Positions 61,518-64,000 of a DNA stretch of 64,000 nt are shown piece by piece. The notes beneath the pieces are model-generated. The model did no database searches and was not told the DNA's origin. It saw only the letters and a program-made list of their open reading frames with translations. Numbering within the stretch: the stretch's first letter is position 1; the number at the start of each line of letters is the position of its first letter. The stretch covers positions 1-64,000 of the forward strand of contig CAVRAL010000002.1 in NCBI GenBank assembly GCA_963719085.1, in the 5' to 3' direction. Made by a program: the position numbers and the translations under genes. The stretch is from a candidate division FCPU426 bacterium. Lineage in GTDB: Bacteria; Oederibacteriota; Muellerivitia; Muellerivitales; Muellerivitaceae.

Positions 61518-63380
61518 TTATTCATTTTTTTCTGAAATCGCTTTATTTATTTCAGCCAATAACTTTTCATACAAAGAGTCAAAATCTTTTTGATTGACGG
61601 AATCCGTCAAATCCTTTTTATCCACCTCAATAATTTCTCGTCTTTTATCCGGCATCCTAACATAAAAACCGAACCGATTCTTTTGCATCAATTTCTTATA
61701 CTCAATGCCCGAGCTCGCCAACCATCCAAACTCCAATTTCGCTTCATTCTTTAATTTCAAATAATCGGCGATTTTCTTCTTCAGTCTTTTTTGCGCCTCA
61801 GGAATATAGCTTTCATTGGAGGCATGTTCTTGTGCTTCCTTTTCAATTCGAGGAAACAAGGGTGTTCCAAGCTCGACCTTTTGACCAATCGGCAAAAGAT
61901 CCCATTGCGTAGTTTCAGAAAACGCATGATCATGAACTTGATCTTTAAAACCCAATTTTTTCCAAATGGCCTGGGCGGCAAACGGCATAAACGGGGCTAA
62001 TCGAATCGCAGTGATCTTTAAAACAACAGCCAAATCGAACATTACATTTCCTAGTTCGGCCCTTCCAGAGTCTCCTTGTTTGGCCAATTTCCAAGGCGCG
62101 GAAACTTCTATGTATTTATTCGCCGCTTTTATTAATTCCCAATATTCCCCTAAAACCGTTCCGAACTCCAATTCATTAATGAATTTTTCAATGTTCTCTG
62201 AGGTCCCGTATTCCCACGCTTCTTTCAATTCAGTATTCAAAACTCTATTAATCTGCGCCGCCGGAATGATTCCACCAAAGTATTTTTCAATCATGGCAAG
62301 AGTTCTAGAAACTAAATTCCCAAGGTCGTTTGCCAAATCGCCATTAAAACGAAGCTCAAAAGCTTCTTGCGTGAAGGTGCCATCGAACCCAAAAACAACT
62401 TCCCTCAAAAGGTAATAACGCAATGCGTCAGGGCCATAAAGACCAATAATGTCCATTGGGTTGATGACATTCCCCAGGCTCTTGGACATCTTTTCCCCGC
62501 CCTGGGTGATGAAGCCAGTACCGAACACTTTTTTAGGCAAAGGAAGATCCGCCGCCAGTAACATGGTTGGCCAAATTGTTGTGTGAAAACGCAAAATATC
62601 TTTTCCAATAATATGGACATCTGCTGGCCAGTATTTTTTGAAATTCTCCCCATTAGGCCAACCAAGCGCAGAAATATAATTAATTAACGCATCAAACCAA
62701 ACATAGATCGTGGTGGTTTCTGGAACGGGTGCCGAAATTCCCCATTTTACCGTCGATCGAGTGATCGAAACGTCTTCCAAACCCGGCTTAATAAAATTAT
62801 TTATCATTTCATTTTTTCGACTTGGCGGTTGAATGAAGTCGGGATTGTCTTCCAAATATTGCTCTAATTGTTTCTGAAAGCTCTTCATTTTGAAAAAGTA
62901 GTTTTCTTCTTTTATCTTCTCGACCGGGCGGCCGCAATCGGGGCATTTACCGTCAATGACTTCCGAATCCAATAAAAATTTCTCGTCCGGCACGCAATAC
63001 CAGCCCTCATAATCGGCTTTGTAAATAAACCCGTTCTTTTGGACCAACGCGAAAAAAGCCTGGGCGGCCTTTTTGTGGTCCTCATCGGTCGTTCGGATAA
63101 AACGGTCGTAGGAAATCCCTAAGCTTTTCCAGGCTTCCTTAAAACGTTCCACTACCTGGTCGGCTAATTGTTTGGGCTCCAGGCCCTTCTCTTTTGCGGT
63201 TTTGGCGATCTTTTGGCCGTGCTCGTCGGTCCCGGTGAGAAAAAAAACATCAAACCCGTCCATCCGTTTGAACCGGGCTAAGACATCGGCTCCCACGGTG
63301 GCGTAAGCATGGCCGATATGCGGGATATCGTTGACGTAGTAGATGGGGGTGGTGACGTAAAAGGTCGGTTTAACGGACAT
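61518..63380 (-). CDS. metG: Methionyl-tRNA synthetase with atypical C-terminal extension
   Basis: TTPIYYVN, HIGH, GTDEHGQKI, YVWFDAL, GKDILRFH, KMSKS, LANDLGNL, PW.L, LFPRIE. Confidence 0.97.
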   Translation of the reverse strand: MSVKPTFYVTTPIYYVNDIPHIGHAYATVGADVLARFKRMDGFDVFFLTGTDEHGQKIAKTAKEKGLEPKQLADQVVERFKEAWKSLGISYDRFIRTTDEDHKKAAQAFFALVQKNGFIYKADYEGWYCVPDEKFLLDSEVIDGKCPDCGRPVEKIKEENYFFKMKSFQKQLEQYLEDNPDFIQPPSRKNEMINNFIKPGLEDVSITRSTVKWGISAPVPETTTIYVWFDALINYISALGWPNGENFKKYWPADVHIIGKDILRFHTTIWPTMLLAADLPLPKKVFGTGFITQGGEKMSKSLGNVINPMDIIGLYGPDALRYYLLREVVFGFDGTFTQEAFELRFNGDLANDLGNLVSRTLAMIEKYFGGIIPAAQINRVLNTELKEAWEYGTSENIEKFINELEFGTVLGEYWELIKAANKYIEVSAPWKLAKQGDSGRAELGNVMFDLAVVLKITAIRLAPFMPFAAQAIWKKLGFKDQVHDHAFSETTQWDLLPIGQKVELGTPLFPRIEKEAQEHASNESYIPEAQKRLKKKIADYLKLKNEAKLEFGWLASSGIEYKKLMQKNRFGFYVRMPDKRREIIEVDKKDLTDSVNQKDFDSLYEKLLAEINKAISEKNE

Positions 63381-63519
63381 GGATTCTCCTGACAGGGTTT
63401 AAAAGGCCCATCTTTGAACCGTCAAAGTTCAAACTTGAGCCATAGGGTACACAGAAAAATCACTATAAAAAAGTCATTTCCAGGGTCGAAATCAAGGGAG
63501 GTTTTAATTTAAATACGGA

Positions 63520-64000
63520 TCAGATTTGAACGGCCTGATCGATAAAAGGGGTAAAAACGATCTCCCCTTTTTTGAATCCATCCCGCAGTTCCATGAACAA
63601 ATGATCCAATACCATGCGGGCGGAGAGATAGGCCGGGATAATATCCAGGTGCTTTTGAAGCGAACGCAATACCTGTTCCGGCGGGAGGCCCTGAAGCCTC
63701 GCGGGAATGGCCTCGGATCCGAAAAGTCTGCGGTTCCAAATGCCGGCATAAATTCGAAGGGCCGCCTTGGCCACCTCGGCCTTGCGCTGGGCCGCGGTCC
63801 ATTCCTCATTCTCAAAAAACTCAGGTTCCATTTGTTCATAGTTCAGCGCAATCTGCAGCCAATCCCCGTCGTTGCCGCTCAAGGCCCGGTCAAAATCCGT
63901 CTTGACCTTGTCCGTGAATTGCGCCCAAGCCGGGTCGGCGAATTTCAAAGCCAGGGTCATATTCCCGCCGGCGATTTCAGCGGCTTCCCGCGCTTTCGCC
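63520..64000 (-). CDS. holB: Probable DNA polymerase III delta-prime subunit, C-terminal part (runs off the window)
   Basis: Frame open to the window edge: AREAAEIAGGNMTLAL resembles the clamp-loader A..A.G....AL segment. Position upstream of metG/tatD fits the common holB-metG-tatD order. Confidence 0.55.
   Translation of the reverse strand, partial: AKAREAAEIAGGNMTLALKFADPAWAQFTDKVKTDFDRALSGNDGDWLQIALNYEQMEPEFFENEEWTAAQRKAEVAKAALRIYAGIWNRRLFGSEAIPARLQGLPPEQVLRSLQKHLDIIPAYLSARMVLDHLFMELRDGFKKGEIVFTPFIDQAVQI

Overview
The window joins three unrelated pieces of DNA. (1) 1-~997 is a frameshifted fragment of an IS21-family IstA transposase. (2) ~998-~3720 is a eukaryote-like gene, probably fungal, with low-complexity sequence, frameshifts and a 61-nt GT..AG intron. 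(3) ~3720-64000 is clean bacterial chromosome, with every gene except rqcH on the minus strand. The first 3.7 kb is most likely a chimeric or low-quality contig end. The bacterial part encodes a giant Thr/Pro-repeat surface protein cut at the junction, an Fn3 protein, a MoxR/DUF58/vWA/TPR/BatD (Bat-like) operon, two PilT-family ATPases, CIRCE-controlled groES-groEL, HU, a beta-oxidation operon, rqcH, a surface-glycan locus, malK/ugpC, folC-accD-trpAB-TPR-trpFCD, tatD, a DUF2079 protein, metG and the 3' end of probable holB. The most unusual signals are several families of intergenic palindromes with periodic arms (7-, 8/9- and 10-nt units) around unrelated AT-rich spacers, one pair bracketing the fmdB-like gene and its promoter; a compositionally mosaic metG with an unfamiliar C-terminal domain; a GtrA-methyltransferase fusion; a mini-ORF mimicking the start of the epimerase it overlaps; and a small tail-anchored zinc-finger protein. 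All assignments come from reading motifs by eye; no searches were run.
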